Shown: piece by piece, positions 26,825 through 36,500 of the stretch
Layout of the letters: the number at the start of each line of letters is the position of its first letter
Numbering within the stretch: position 1 is the stretch's first letter
The notes under the pieces: model-generated
Told to the model about the DNA's origin: nothing
The model's input: the letters and a program-made list of their open reading frames with translations, nothing else
The model's database searches: none
Origin: an uncultured Clostridia bacterium
GTDB taxonomy: Bacteria; Bacillota; Clostridia; Christensenellales; CAG-138
DNA: 64,000 nt
Reading direction: 5' to 3'
NCBI GenBank assembly: GCA_947166925.1
Contig: CAMVGD010000005.1
Location: 425-64,424, forward strand
Translations under genes and position numbers: made by a program

Positions 26825-28204
26825 TTATTCCGTCTCTTTGAGCTGCCGCGCGACGGCGAGCATCAGCGCGCATTCCATGCGCTTCTTGAACAGGTCGCAG
26901 CCGTAGGCGTATACGCCGTTGATGCGTCCCGTGGCGTGGTATGCGTTCGCGGCGCAGCCGCCGGAGCAGTAGAGCCGCGCCCAGCAGGTGCGGCATTCCT
27001 CGCGCGCGTAGACGTTGCAGGCGGCAAACTGATCCTGTACGGCATGATTCGATACGCCGTGATAGATATCGCCGAGCCTGAACGCCTCCTCGCCCACGAA
27101 CTGGTGGCAGGGATAGAGGTCGCCCCACGGCGTGACCGCCATGTATTCGGTGCCGGAGCCGCAGCCCGAGATGCGCTTATAGATGCAGGGACCGCCTTTG
27201 AGGTCGATCATGTAGTGATAGAAGGTAAACGGCCGTCCCTCCGCGTCGCGCTCAAGCATCAGTTCGGCAAGCTTTTCGTACTGTTCCATGACGATCGGCT
27301 TGTCCGCTTCGGTCAGCGCCGAGGGATCGTCCGGCGCGCAGACGACCGGCTCCATGGAAAGCTCGGTAAAGCCGAGATCGAGCATCGCCTGAATATCCTG
27401 CAGAAAATCGGGGTTCGCGTGCGTGAACGTGCCGCGCATGTAGTAGCCTTTGCCGCCGCGCGCTTCGACGAATTTCTGAAACTTCGGCACGATCCGGTCC
27501 CAGCTGCCGTTGCCGGCGTAGTCCTTGCGGAAGCGGTCGTGGATCTCCTTCCGTCCGTCCAGCGACAGCACGACGTTGTGGCATTCGCGGTTCGCAAATT
27601 CGATCACGTCGTCATCCACGAGCATGCCGTTCGTGGTGAGCGTGAAGCGGAAATGCTTGCCGGTTTCCGGTTCGATCGAGCGCGCGTAGGCGACGAGGTC
27701 CTTCACGACCTGAAAGTTCATCAGCGGCTCCCCGCCGAAAAAGTCGACCTCGAGGTTTTTGCGGCTGCCCGAATGCTCGACCAGAAAGTCCAGCGCGCGC
27801 CTGCCGGTCTCGAAGGACATCAGCGCGCGTTCGCCGTGGTACTTGCCCTGGCTTGCAAAGCAGTAGGAGCAGTTCAGGTTGCACACGTGCGCGACGTGCA
27901 GGCACAGCGCCTTGATGACGCCGGCGGTCTTCGCCTTCAGTGCGCCCGCCATCGGCGCGTAGCTGTCCTCGGTAAAGAGCTTGCCCGCCGCCTTGAGGGC
28001 GAGCAGCTGTTCGTAGGCGCCGTTCAGCTCGTCCTCCGTCGTACGGTCGGCATAGCGGGAGAGAAGCGCTGAGATCAGCGCCTCGCGCGGCTCGCGTTCA
28101 AAGCCCGCGATCATGTCGTAGGCAATGTCGTCGACCGCGTGGATGGAGCCGGAGCAAACGTCCAGCACGATGTTGTATCCGCAGAGCTTATACTGGTGTA
28201 TCAT
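26825..28204 (-). CDS. Radical SAM/SPASM thioether-forming SCIFF peptide maturase
   Basis: The N-terminus MIHQYKLCGYNIVLDVCSGSIHAVDD is typical of SCIFF maturases. The CNLNCSYC radical-SAM motif and a C-terminal Cys-rich SPASM region are present. Confidence 0.85.
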   Translation of the reverse strand: MIHQYKLCGYNIVLDVCSGSIHAVDDIAYDMIAGFEREPREALISALLSRYADRTTEDELNGAYEQLLALKAAGKLFTEDSYAPMAGALKAKTAGVIKALCLHVAHVCNLNCSYCFASQGKYHGERALMSFETGRRALDFLVEHSGSRKNLEVDFFGGEPLMNFQVVKDLVAYARSIEPETGKHFRFTLTTNGMLVDDDVIEFANRECHNVVLSLDGRKEIHDRFRKDYAGNGSWDRIVPKFQKFVEARGGKGYYMRGTFTHANPDFLQDIQAMLDLGFTELSMEPVVCAPDDPSALTEADKPIVMEQYEKLAELMLERDAEGRPFTFYHYMIDLKGGPCIYKRISGCGSGTEYMAVTPWGDLYPCHQFVGEEAFRLGDIYHGVSNHAVQDQFAACNVYAREECRTCWARLYCSGGCAANAYHATGRINGVYAYGCDLFKKRMECALMLAVARQLKETE

Positions 28205-28211
28205 AATCCTG

Positions 28212-28241
28212 TTTCAAAAAAAGGCCGCCGAATCCGGCGGC
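28212..28241 (-). terminator. Intra-operon terminator/attenuator between the SCIFF peptide and its maturase
   Basis: On the minus strand: GCCGCCG-gatt-CGGCGGC followed by CTTTTTTTG. Confidence 0.5.
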
Positions 28242-28256
28242 TTTTCAACGGTTTGC

Positions 28257-28406
28257 TTATTTGCTTTCTTTCTTTTCGCAGTTCTGATTCGCAATGCCGC
28301 AGCTCGTCTTGCAGGCGGACTGGCAAGAGGTCTGGCATTCGCCGCAGCCGCCGTTCTTTGCGCTTTCGCAGAGATTGCGGGTCTCAACGGTTTTGATCTC
28401 GATCAT
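28257..28406 (-). CDS. SCIFF ribosomal peptide precursor (49 aa), absent from the ORF track
   Basis: My hand translation gives MIEIKTVETRNLCESAKNGGCGECQTSCQSACKTSCGIANQNCEKKESK. This contains the SCIFF core GGCGECQTSCQSACKTSC. The GGAGG RBS sits 7 nt upstream. Confidence 0.85.
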   Translation of the reverse strand: MIEIKTVETRNLCESAKNGGCGECQTSCQSACKTSCGIANQNCEKKESK

Positions 28407-28553
28407 GATGATGCCTCCGTAACAAATTGATTAACAGGATGAGCATAGCACAACGCGCCCGCAAAGTCAAGAGCTTTGCGCCTGCTGCGGGAATTGTTGC
28501 GTTTTTGCGGGAATCGCGGTACAATAAAGCAAACGAAATCCCCGGAGGACAGC

Positions 28554-29303
28554 ATGGACTATATTCGCGTCACGAAGGACAACCTGGAAAAAGAGCACAT
28601 CTGCTGCGCGATCTCGAACAATCGGGACGTGCAGGTCGCGTCGAAAAAGGCGTGGCTTCTCGACCGCTTCGACGAGGGTCTCGTTTTTCTGAAAAGCACG
28701 GAGCGCGGCAAGTGCTTCATTGAGTACCTGCCCGCGGAGGCGGCGTGGAACCCGATCGACGCCGACGGGTATCTGTATATCGACTGCCTGTGGGTCTCGG
28801 GCTCCATGAAGGGGCACGGGTATGCGAACGACCTGCTTTCCGCTTGCGTCGAAGACGGCAAAGCGCAGGGGAAGAAGGGCGTCTGCATCCTGTCCGCGGC
28901 AAAGAAGAAGCCGTTCCTTGCCGATCCGAAGTTTTTGAAATACAAGGGATTTACGGTCGCGGACGAAGCCGACAACGGCATTCAGCTCTGGTATCTGCCG
29001 TTTTCGCCGGACGCGGAGAAGCCGAAATTCAAGGCGTGCGCCGTGCATCCGCACGTCGACGAGCCGGGCTGGGTGCTCTACTACACGAACCAATGTCCGT
29101 TCAACGCAAAGTACGTGCCGATCGTGGAGGAGACCGCAAAGGCGCACGACATCCCGTTTCACGCGATCCGTCTAACCGGCCGCGAGGCGGCGCAGTCCGC
29201 GCCGACGCCGGTCACGACCTACGCGCTGTTCTTCAACGGGTCCTACGTCACGAACGAGCAGATGAACGATACGAAGTTTCTGAAGCTTGCCGAAGGGAGA
29301 TAA
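28554..29303 (+). CDS. GNAT-like acetyltransferase with a YoaP-like C-terminal domain
   Basis: WVSGSMKGHGYANDLL resembles an acetyl-CoA-binding segment. The C-terminal half resembles the YoaP family. This is a moderate-confidence call. Confidence 0.55.
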   Translation: MDYIRVTKDNLEKEHICCAISNNRDVQVASKKAWLLDRFDEGLVFLKSTERGKCFIEYLPAEAAWNPIDADGYLYIDCLWVSGSMKGHGYANDLLSACVEDGKAQGKKGVCILSAAKKKPFLADPKFLKYKGFTVADEADNGIQLWYLPFSPDAEKPKFKACAVHPHVDEPGWVLYYTNQCPFNAKYVPIVEETAKAHDIPFHAIRLTGREAAQSAPTPVTTYALFFNGSYVTNEQMNDTKFLKLAEGR

Positions 29304-29307
29304 ACGT

Positions 29308-29517
29308 ATGGATCTTTTTTGGGAGGAAGGCTTTCAAATCGACGTCCGCATCGAGAACGGCGCGGCGGTGATCCGCGCAAACCGCGAGGGGCTTTTGTCC
29401 CTTGCAAATCATCTGAAGGCGCTTGCGGGGGAGCCTGCGGGCAGCCACATCCATCTGGATCCGTGGAACGCGCTCGAGGACGGCTCGGCGGAGCTCATTC
29501 TGGAGCGGATCGATTGA
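29308..29517 (+). CDS. Hypothetical small protein
   Basis: The ATG follows GAAGGGAGA. I recognise no family. Confidence 0.4.
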   Translation: MDLFWEEGFQIDVRIENGAAVIRANREGLLSLANHLKALAGEPAGSHIHLDPWNALEDGSAELILERID

Positions 29518-29649
29518 GTACGGATCGCCGCATACGGGAAAATATATTTATTATAGCAACCCTTTTCGGTTGCTTTTCTTTTGCGGATGGTCTACAATGA
29601 TATCGTAAAAATATGGCATTTTTGCCAAGAATAAAAAAGGAGTATGCAA

Positions 29650-30738
29650 ATGAAGTACGATCGCGTTTACAATTTCTCCGCAGGTCCCGCCACGATGCCC
29701 GTTGAGGTGCTCGAGGAGATCCGTGACGAAATGCTCAACTACAAGGGCAGCGGCATGTGCGTCATGGAAATGTCGCACCGCAGCAAGGTCTTCCAGCAGA
29801 TCATCGACGAGGCGGAGGCGGATCTCCGCACGCTGATGGGCATCCCGGATAACTACAAGGTCCTGTTCATCCAGGGCGGCGCAACGCTCGAGTTCGCCAT
29901 GATCCCGATGAACCTCTGCAAGAACGGCGTATTCGATTACATCGTCACCGGCAACTGGTCCAAGAAAGCGGCGACGGAAGCCAAGAAGTACGGCAAGGTC
30001 AACGTCATCGCGTCCAGCGAGGATAAGAACTACAGCTACATTCCGGACTGCTCCGATCTGCCGATCGACGACGACGCGGACTACGTTTACATCTGCGAGA
30101 ACGAAACGATCCACGGCACGACCTATCCGGTGCTGCCGAACACCAAGGGCAAGATCCTCGTCTCCGACCAGAGCTCGATGTTCCTCTCTAAGCCCTGCAA
30201 CGTGTCCGATTACGGCCTGATCTACGGCGGCGTCCAGAAGAACGTCGGTCCCGCGGGCCTCGCGATCGTCATCATCCGCGAAGACCTCATCCGTGAGGAT
30301 CTCGATCCCAAAGTGCCGGTTTACCTGCGCTTCGACACGCATGCGAACAACGGCTCCATGTACAACACGCCGAACTGCTGGGCGATCTACGTCTGCGGCA
30401 AGGTCTTTAAGTACCTGCTCCGTACCGGCGGTCTCGAAGCGATGGCAAAGCGCAACGAGGAGAAGGCGAAGGTCATGTACGACTTCCTCGATTCCTCCAA
30501 GCTGTTCCACGGCACCGTTGAAAAGAAGGATCGCTCGCTCATGAACATCCCGTTCGTCACCGGCGACAAGGACAAGGACGCGGCGGTCGTTGCGGCGACC
30601 AAGGCGGCGGGCTTCGACAACCTCAAGGGTCACAAGAGCGTCGGCGGTCTCCGTGCTTCCATCTACAACGCCATGCCGAAAGAGGGCGTCGTAGCGCTGG
30701 TCGAGTTCCTGAAAAAGTACGAAGCGGAAAACGCATAA
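29650..30738 (+). CDS. serC: Phosphoserine aminotransferase
   Basis: YNFSAGPATMPVEVL at the N-terminus is characteristic. The ATG at 29650 has better RBS spacing than the one at 29644. Confidence 0.9.
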   Translation: MKYDRVYNFSAGPATMPVEVLEEIRDEMLNYKGSGMCVMEMSHRSKVFQQIIDEAEADLRTLMGIPDNYKVLFIQGGATLEFAMIPMNLCKNGVFDYIVTGNWSKKAATEAKKYGKVNVIASSEDKNYSYIPDCSDLPIDDDADYVYICENETIHGTTYPVLPNTKGKILVSDQSSMFLSKPCNVSDYGLIYGGVQKNVGPAGLAIVIIREDLIREDLDPKVPVYLRFDTHANNGSMYNTPNCWAIYVCGKVFKYLLRTGGLEAMAKRNEEKAKVMYDFLDSSKLFHGTVEKKDRSLMNIPFVTGDKDKDAAVVAATKAAGFDNLKGHKSVGGLRASIYNAMPKEGVVALVEFLKKYEAENA

Positions 30739-30748
30739 GGAGGCATTT

Positions 30749-31669
30749 ATGATTCGTATTCTGGCATCTGACGGTATGGACAAGAGCGCGATCGCCGCGC
30801 TCGAAGCAAAGGGCTGCGAGGTCGTTTCCCAGTTCTATGAGCCGGAAGACCTCAAGAAGGAGCTTGCAAATTACGACGTCATCGTCGTCCGTTCGGCAAC
30901 GAAGGTCCGTGAGCCGATCATCGACGCGGCGGTAGCGGCGGGTCGTCTCAGGATGATCATCCGCGGCGGCGTCGGCGTGGACAACATCGACGTGAAGTAT
31001 GCGGAAAGCAAGGGGCTGATTGTGAAGAACACCCCGCGCGCTTCCTCCCAGTCGGTCGCGGAGCTTGCGATGGGTCACATGTTCGCGTGCGCGCGCTTCC
31101 TGTCGATCGCGGGCTACACCATGCGCAACGACAAGTGGGAAAAGAAAGCCTACGCAAAGGGCATCGAACTGCAGGGCAAGACGCTCGGCATCATGGGCTT
31201 CGGCCGCATCGGTCAGGCGCTCGGCAAGATGGCGAAGGCGATCGGCATGAAGGTCATCGCGTACGATATCTTCCACATCCCGGGCATCGAGGAAGAACTC
31301 GGCATCCCGTACGTCGAGATGGACGAGCTTCTGAAAGAGGCTGATTTCGTCAGCGTCCATGCGCCGGCAGTCGACGGCGGTGCGCTGATCAACGCGGAAA
31401 CGATCGCGAAGATGAAGGACGGCGTCGTCATCATCAACACGAGCCGCGGCACGAACGTCGACGAGGACGCGCTCCTTGCGGCGCTCGAATCCGGCAAGGT
31501 CCGCGCGGCGGGTCTGGACGTCTGGGCGGTCGAGCCGGCGAACAACCACGCGCTGTACAGCCATCCGATGGTCTCCTGCACGCCGCACATCGGCGCGACC
31601 ACGGTCGAAGCGCAGAAGCGCATCGGCGCCGAGATCGTCGATCTCATCAGCAAGCAGTTCAATCTGTAA
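30749..31669 (+). CDS. serA: D-3-phosphoglycerate dehydrogenase (short form)
   Basis: The NAD motif GIMGFGRIGQALG and the catalytic ...SVHAP...TPHIGA are present. It is adjacent to serC. Confidence 0.85.
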   Translation: MIRILASDGMDKSAIAALEAKGCEVVSQFYEPEDLKKELANYDVIVVRSATKVREPIIDAAVAAGRLRMIIRGGVGVDNIDVKYAESKGLIVKNTPRASSQSVAELAMGHMFACARFLSIAGYTMRNDKWEKKAYAKGIELQGKTLGIMGFGRIGQALGKMAKAIGMKVIAYDIFHIPGIEEELGIPYVEMDELLKEADFVSVHAPAVDGGALINAETIAKMKDGVVIINTSRGTNVDEDALLAALESGKVRAAGLDVWAVEPANNHALYSHPMVSCTPHIGATTVEAQKRIGAEIVDLISKQFNL

Positions 31670-31682
31670 TTGACGCAACACA

Positions 31683-31718
31683 AAAAGGAGGTGCAGCCGC
31701 ATCTCCTTTTTTGTTTTG
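31683..31718. terminator. Terminator after serA
   Basis: AAAGGAG-12 nt-CTCCTTT followed by TTTGTTTT. Confidence 0.5.
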
Positions 31719-31784
31719 CAGGATACCGGATCCGATCGTAAAAAAACGCCCTGCGGCGATATCGCAGGACGTCGGTGTGAACGT

Positions 31785-32684
31785 TCACGGTTCGGGCGGA
31801 AGCACTTCCGCGCCGGGGTACATCTGCTGCGCGGCGTAACGCCGGAGCGCGTGGATCCAGATATCCTCGCCTGCCCGGCTCAGGTGAAACTGCTCGTCGC
31901 AGGACAGCGCGGGATCCAGATACCCGTTCGCGTCCATCAGCTCCTTCGAGAAATCCAGAAACGATACGCCGTGTTCCGCGCATACGTCGGACAGGACCTC
32001 GTTGAAGCTGTTGAAATACGCGATCTCGACGCCCTTCATGCGGCAGTACTGCCGCGTGATCGGAAGAACGCCCATCATGACGATCTCGGTGTCCGGGCAT
32101 TTTTCCCGGATCGTGTCGATCAGCTGCGCGAACTGCCCGCTTACGGTTTCAAACGGGCGGTCGGCGACGTCGTTCACGCCGAGCATGATAAAGACACGCT
32201 TCGGACCGCATGCATTGATGAGCCCCGTGATCGAGACCGCCTTGCCCCGATACCGGTAGGTGCGGTCGCCCGGGGACGCGAGATCCTGACACGCGATCTT
32301 GACGTTCATGCCCTTGACACCGAACATCTGCACGGAACCGAGCAGCCCCGGTTCGGTCTCCCTGCGTCCGCGCACGTAACCGGACAGCATTTCGGTGAGC
32401 GAATCGCCGATCAGCAGCGCGTCGTCGAAGTAGCTGTCGAATTCGCCGGACGCGAGACGCTCCTCCGTGATCGGCTCCGGCGTCGGCGCGGGCGTCGGTT
32501 CCGGCGTCGGGACGGGAGAGGGAGACGGGGTCGGCGCTTCGGTCGGATCGGGCGCTTCGGTCGGATCGGGCGTTTCGGTCGGAACGGGCGTGCTCTGCGC
32601 CGCTTCCGGCTGCGGCCGAACGAGGCAGCCCGCGGACGGCGTCAGCATGAGCAGGATGCAGAAAAAACAAAGAAATCGTTTCAT
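31785..32684 (-). CDS. SGNH/GDSL hydrolase lipoprotein with a Pro/Thr linker
   Basis: It has the lipobox LTPSAGC, a PT-rich linker, and the LIGDSLT and MLGVND blocks. Confidence 0.75.
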   Translation of the reverse strand: MKRFLCFFCILLMLTPSAGCLVRPQPEAAQSTPVPTETPDPTEAPDPTEAPTPSPSPVPTPEPTPAPTPEPITEERLASGEFDSYFDDALLIGDSLTEMLSGYVRGRRETEPGLLGSVQMFGVKGMNVKIACQDLASPGDRTYRYRGKAVSITGLINACGPKRVFIMLGVNDVADRPFETVSGQFAQLIDTIREKCPDTEIVMMGVLPITRQYCRMKGVEIAYFNSFNEVLSDVCAEHGVSFLDFSKELMDANGYLDPALSCDEQFHLSRAGEDIWIHALRRYAAQQMYPGAEVLPPEP

Positions 32685-32743
32685 GAATGTCTCCGATCGG
32701 AAAAATGCGCGCCGCCGTACGGACGGGCACGCAGGGCGTGCGG

Positions 32744-33655
32744 TCATGCGCCGGGCACAAGCACCTCGGCGTCCGGGTACATCTGCTGCGCGGCATAGAG
32801 CCGGAGGGCGCGGACCCAGATCGCGTTGCCTGCATCGTTCAGATGGTATTCCTTGTCGCTGGAAAGCGATCCCGGGAGATAGCCGTTTTCATCCATCAGG
32901 TCCGCCGAAAAATCCAGAAACGCCGCGCCGTGCTCCTCGCAGATCCCGGAAAGGACCTTGTTGAACCCGTTCCAGCGTTCGATCCCGACCTTCCGCGAAC
33001 GGCAGAACCGTTCCGTGACCGGCAGAACGCCCTGCATGACGATCTTGACGTCCGGGCATTTTTCGCGGATCACATCGATCAGCTGCGCGAAGTAGCCTTC
33101 CACGCTTTCCTGCGTGCGGCAGTCGAGATCGTTCACGCCGAGCAGGATGAAGACCGTATCGGCGCCGCTTTCGCTGATGTGCTCCGTGATCGAAACCGCG
33201 CGTCCGCGATACCGGAAGGAAATGCCGCCGTTTGAGGGGCGATCCTGACAGGCGAACTTGACGCTCATGGAGGTCGCGCCGAACAGCTGCGCGCCGCCGA
33301 GAAAGTCTTCGTCGGTCTGCCGGCATTTGCGGACGTAGCCGGCGAACATATCCGTAATGGAGTCGCCGAGGAACAGCGCGTTGTCAAAGCAGCTGTCGAA
33401 CTCACCGGAATCCAGGCGCTCCTCCGTGATCGGCTCGGGCGTAGGCTCGGGCGTCGGCTCCGGGGTGGGGGTCGGCGTCGGCGCTGCGGTCGGTTCCGGC
33501 GTGGGGTCCGGCGTTGGGGAAGGCTCCGGCGTCGGCGCGGGCGATTCCGGCACGGCGGTCGGGACCGCTTCCGAAGACGGCTCCGGCAAGGCAGAACAGC
33601 CCGCGCAGAGAATCAGCGCGAGCAGAACGCAGAACAGCCGCAACAACCGTATCAT
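32744..33655 (-). CDS. SGNH/GDSL hydrolase lipoprotein (tandem paralog)
   Basis: It has the lipobox LILCAGC, a PT-rich linker, and the LGDSITD and LLGVND blocks. It is collinear with the previous gene. Confidence 0.75.
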   Translation of the reverse strand: MIRLLRLFCVLLALILCAGCSALPEPSSEAVPTAVPESPAPTPEPSPTPDPTPEPTAAPTPTPTPEPTPEPTPEPITEERLDSGEFDSCFDNALFLGDSITDMFAGYVRKCRQTDEDFLGGAQLFGATSMSVKFACQDRPSNGGISFRYRGRAVSITEHISESGADTVFILLGVNDLDCRTQESVEGYFAQLIDVIREKCPDVKIVMQGVLPVTERFCRSRKVGIERWNGFNKVLSGICEEHGAAFLDFSADLMDENGYLPGSLSSDKEYHLNDAGNAIWVRALRLYAAQQMYPDAEVLVPGA

Positions 33656-33771
33656 AAGCGTCTCCGACCGGAATGGAATGACTGCATTATAGCAGATTCG
33701 ACAAATACCGTCAACGGGACGCAGACAAAACAAAAGCGCCCCGCAAATGCGCGGGGCAGTCGCTTTTCGGG

Positions 33772-34923
33772 TCATTCGATCCCGTACGGCTTCAAGAACG
33801 CCAGGATCTCGCCTGCGGAAAACGACGCAGCCGAAACGATCCGGTTATGACCGAAGCAGCGCCAACGCGCGACGGTGTGGATATAGCCCGCGCCGATCGG
33901 GGTTTCACGAACGATCCGGCCGTCTTCGCGCAAAGAAAACCACTGGTACGGCGATTGATCCGGATCGTATCCGTCGCGCACAAAGCGAAAGCGCAGAACC
34001 TCCTGCGCGGGATCGTCGGCGTCGACGAACAGTTCCGTCACGCAGGCAAAGCACGGTGCGTAGGTCTGGTCAGACTGATCCTTCGGAACCGATACGAGCG
34101 CAAGAAAATCTTCAAAGCACTCCCGCGGCAGTTCGACACGCGCGCCGTTTCGTTCGATCAGCAGATGAAAGGAATCGAACTCCTCAGGATGGGCGGGGCA
34201 GGGGTACTGGACCGCAGGCGCCATATAATACGCCTCGTACAGAAGATAGAGATAAGCGACCTGTTCCGGGGTCAGTGTTTCGACGCTGCGATAAACAGAA
34301 CCGTCCGCATCGGCGCGGATCACAGCGCCGTCCGGCCTGATCCAGTAGGTGCATACATCGTCGTCGATATAGTACGTCGTTCCGACTTCGTCCCAAATCG
34401 AGGTGGATGAGAGGCAGAGATCGCCTTTCCGTACGGTAAATCGCGGCGTCTGCATGTAGTATTGGGCGTTCGGATCGGCTTCGTATTCCCGCGAGAACAG
34501 CAGCGCATCGAGTCCGTTCCATTCCGCTTCGTCGCCGATGCAGCGACCCAAAAGACAGTTGTCCCAATCGCCGTCGCGGTCGTAGGTCATCCATACGCTG
34601 AGATCGTCCGCAAAGCGCATCGGGCTTGCGCAGCGGTCGATGGTATGCGGGGTCAACCCATCAAAGAGCACCGTCCATGCTCTCTGCCCGTCAAAATCGT
34701 TTGTACCCGCGTCAAACAGCGACAGCGCGACCGTCCGGTCGTTCGTGTCGGACGGTTCTTCGTCGAGAAAAACGGTGCGGCAGGGAAGCTCCGGCGCTGC
34801 GGTCGGCGCGGGCGTCGGTTCCGGCGTTGTCTCTGCGGCGGCGGTCGGATCGACCGACGGCTTGCATGCTGCACAAAAAAGAAAGACAGCCGCAAGGATC
34901 ATGGAAATAATGGATCGGTCCAC
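33772..34923 (-). CDS. Hypothetical lipoprotein
   Basis: A signal peptide with the lipobox FLFCAAC is followed by a PT-rich linker. Confidence 0.55.
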   Translation of the reverse strand: MDRSIISMILAAVFLFCAACKPSVDPTAAAETTPEPTPAPTAAPELPCRTVFLDEEPSDTNDRTVALSLFDAGTNDFDGQRAWTVLFDGLTPHTIDRCASPMRFADDLSVWMTYDRDGDWDNCLLGRCIGDEAEWNGLDALLFSREYEADPNAQYYMQTPRFTVRKGDLCLSSTSIWDEVGTTYYIDDDVCTYWIRPDGAVIRADADGSVYRSVETLTPEQVAYLYLLYEAYYMAPAVQYPCPAHPEEFDSFHLLIERNGARVELPRECFEDFLALVSVPKDQSDQTYAPCFACVTELFVDADDPAQEVLRFRFVRDGYDPDQSPYQWFSLREDGRIVRETPIGAGYIHTVARWRCFGHNRIVSAASFSAGEILAFLKPYGIE

Positions 34924-34968
34924 GGTACGTCCTCCGTTTCTGTTCGATGATGTTCGGTTTGTTTTTGT

Positions 34969-36204
34969 TTACCGGATCCTGCCGCTGGCTTCGAGCGCAC
35001 GGATGTCCGGCTCGCACAGGAACGGCTCTCCTGCGGCTCTCAAAGCGTTATTGACGTCCTTTAACCCGCTGCCGGTGGAGATGACCGTGACGGTCTCGTC
35101 CGGGCGGATAACGCCCTCCTGAACGGCTCGTCTGACGCCTGCCGTGGCGGTCACGCCCGCGGGCTCGCCGAACACGCCCTCGGTTCTGCCGAGGAGGCGC
35201 ATCGCGGCAAGGATCTCGTCGTCGGTCACGGCGATCCAGCGTCCGCCGCTGTTCTTTACGGCGCGCAGCGCTTTCTTCGGATTTCTCGGCACGCCGACTG
35301 CGATGCTGTCCGCAAGCGTGTTTTCGGGCGTCGGGATAAGGTCGCGATCGTTGTTCGCCGCGTCCACGAACGGGCAGCAGCCGGTGGACTGGACGCCGAG
35401 GATCTTCGGGATGCGGTCGATCATGCCCATTTCAAAGAGATCGTGGAAGCCGTTATACACGCCGCCGATCGTGCAGCCGTCGCCGACGGACACCGCGACC
35501 CAATCGCTCGGTTCCCAGTGCAGCTGCTCCGCGATCTCCAGCGCGACGGTCTTTTTGCCCTCGGTGAGGATCGGGTTGATGCCCGCGTTGCGGTTATAGA
35601 AGCCCCATTTTTCGATCGCGGCTTTGCTGAGCTCAAAGGTCTGCCGGTAATCGCCCTTGACGGAGATCACGTTTGCCCCGAAGATCAGAAGCTGTGCGAC
35701 CTTGCCCTTCGGCGCGCGCTCCGGCACAAAGATGACGGTCTTGAGCCCCATCCGCGCCGCGTTGCCCGCGCAGGAAGAAGCCGCATTTCCGGTGGAGGAG
35801 CAGCAGATCGTATCAAAGCCCAACTCGATCGCCTTCGCCACCGCCACGCCGCTTGCGCGGTCCTTCAAAGACGCGGTCGGATTGATGCCGTCGTCCTTGA
35901 TGAAAAGCTTTTTTAAGCCCAACTCGTCGCCGAGCCGCAGGCTTTCATACAGCGGCGTCCAGCCGATGCGCAAAAACTTCGATAAGCCTTCGCCGTTCAA
36001 CGGCATCAGCGCCCGATATCGCCACATGCTGTTGTCGCGGTCGGCTTTCAGCGTGTCGCGGTTCAGCTCCTTTCTAACCTCGTCGTAGTCGAACAGAATA
36101 TCGAGGATGCCCTTTTCGCCGCAGGCGGGGCAGGTCATAAGCTCCGGTCCATAGGGGTATTCCTTTCCGCAGATGGTGCAGCGGTAGCCGTATACGCGTC
36201 TCAT
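34969..36204 (-). CDS. thrC: Threonine synthase
   Basis: It has an N-terminal Zn-ribbon (CTICGKEY...CPACG) and the PLP lysine context NPTASLKDRA. The start at MRRVYGY follows AAAGGAGAAAAACC. Confidence 0.85.
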   Translation of the reverse strand: MRRVYGYRCTICGKEYPYGPELMTCPACGEKGILDILFDYDEVRKELNRDTLKADRDNSMWRYRALMPLNGEGLSKFLRIGWTPLYESLRLGDELGLKKLFIKDDGINPTASLKDRASGVAVAKAIELGFDTICCSSTGNAASSCAGNAARMGLKTVIFVPERAPKGKVAQLLIFGANVISVKGDYRQTFELSKAAIEKWGFYNRNAGINPILTEGKKTVALEIAEQLHWEPSDWVAVSVGDGCTIGGVYNGFHDLFEMGMIDRIPKILGVQSTGCCPFVDAANNDRDLIPTPENTLADSIAVGVPRNPKKALRAVKNSGGRWIAVTDDEILAAMRLLGRTEGVFGEPAGVTATAGVRRAVQEGVIRPDETVTVISTGSGLKDVNNALRAAGEPFLCEPDIRALEASGRIR

Positions 36205-36319
36205 GGTTTTTCTCCTTTTCGGTTCTCTTTTCATCTTACACCGAACCGGGATTCTTTGCAACATCCTTCTTGCGATACGGCGCGGTCCTTTCCGATCCGC
36301 GCCGTATGTGTCGTCTGCA

Positions 36320-36500
36320 TACGTTATAACGTACATACAGTATAACAATTGTATTTTATCTACATTTTTATCTACATACATTATAACAATTGTATTTCAT
36401 CTACATACATTATAATTACTTTTTGTAATCTATACACATTATAATTACTGTTTATAATCTATACAGATATAATTATAATAATATGTATCATATACAGATA
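36320..36500. repeat. Extremely AT-rich block of two tandem repeat pairs
   Basis: Unit A, ACATACA(G/T)TATAACAATTGTATTT(T/C)ATCTACA, occurs at 36333 and 36374 (period 41). Unit B, CATTATAATTACT(T/G)TTT(G/A)TAATCTATACA, occurs at 36408 and 36437 (period 29). The palindrome ACAATTGT lies at 36345 and 36386. Confidence 0.7.

Noticed and set aside
32467-33560. DNA-level repeats (GGCGTCGG / CCGAC-type). The same kind occurs at 47460-47600, 48960-49090 and 63540-63720.
   Set aside because: They are coding repeats. They specify Pro/Thr or Lys/Thr/Ala linkers of secreted proteins on the annotated strand.
36320-36500. Possible CRISPR array in the AT-rich repeat block
   Set aside because: There are only two copies each of two different units, with no unique spacers of regular length and no cas genes nearby.
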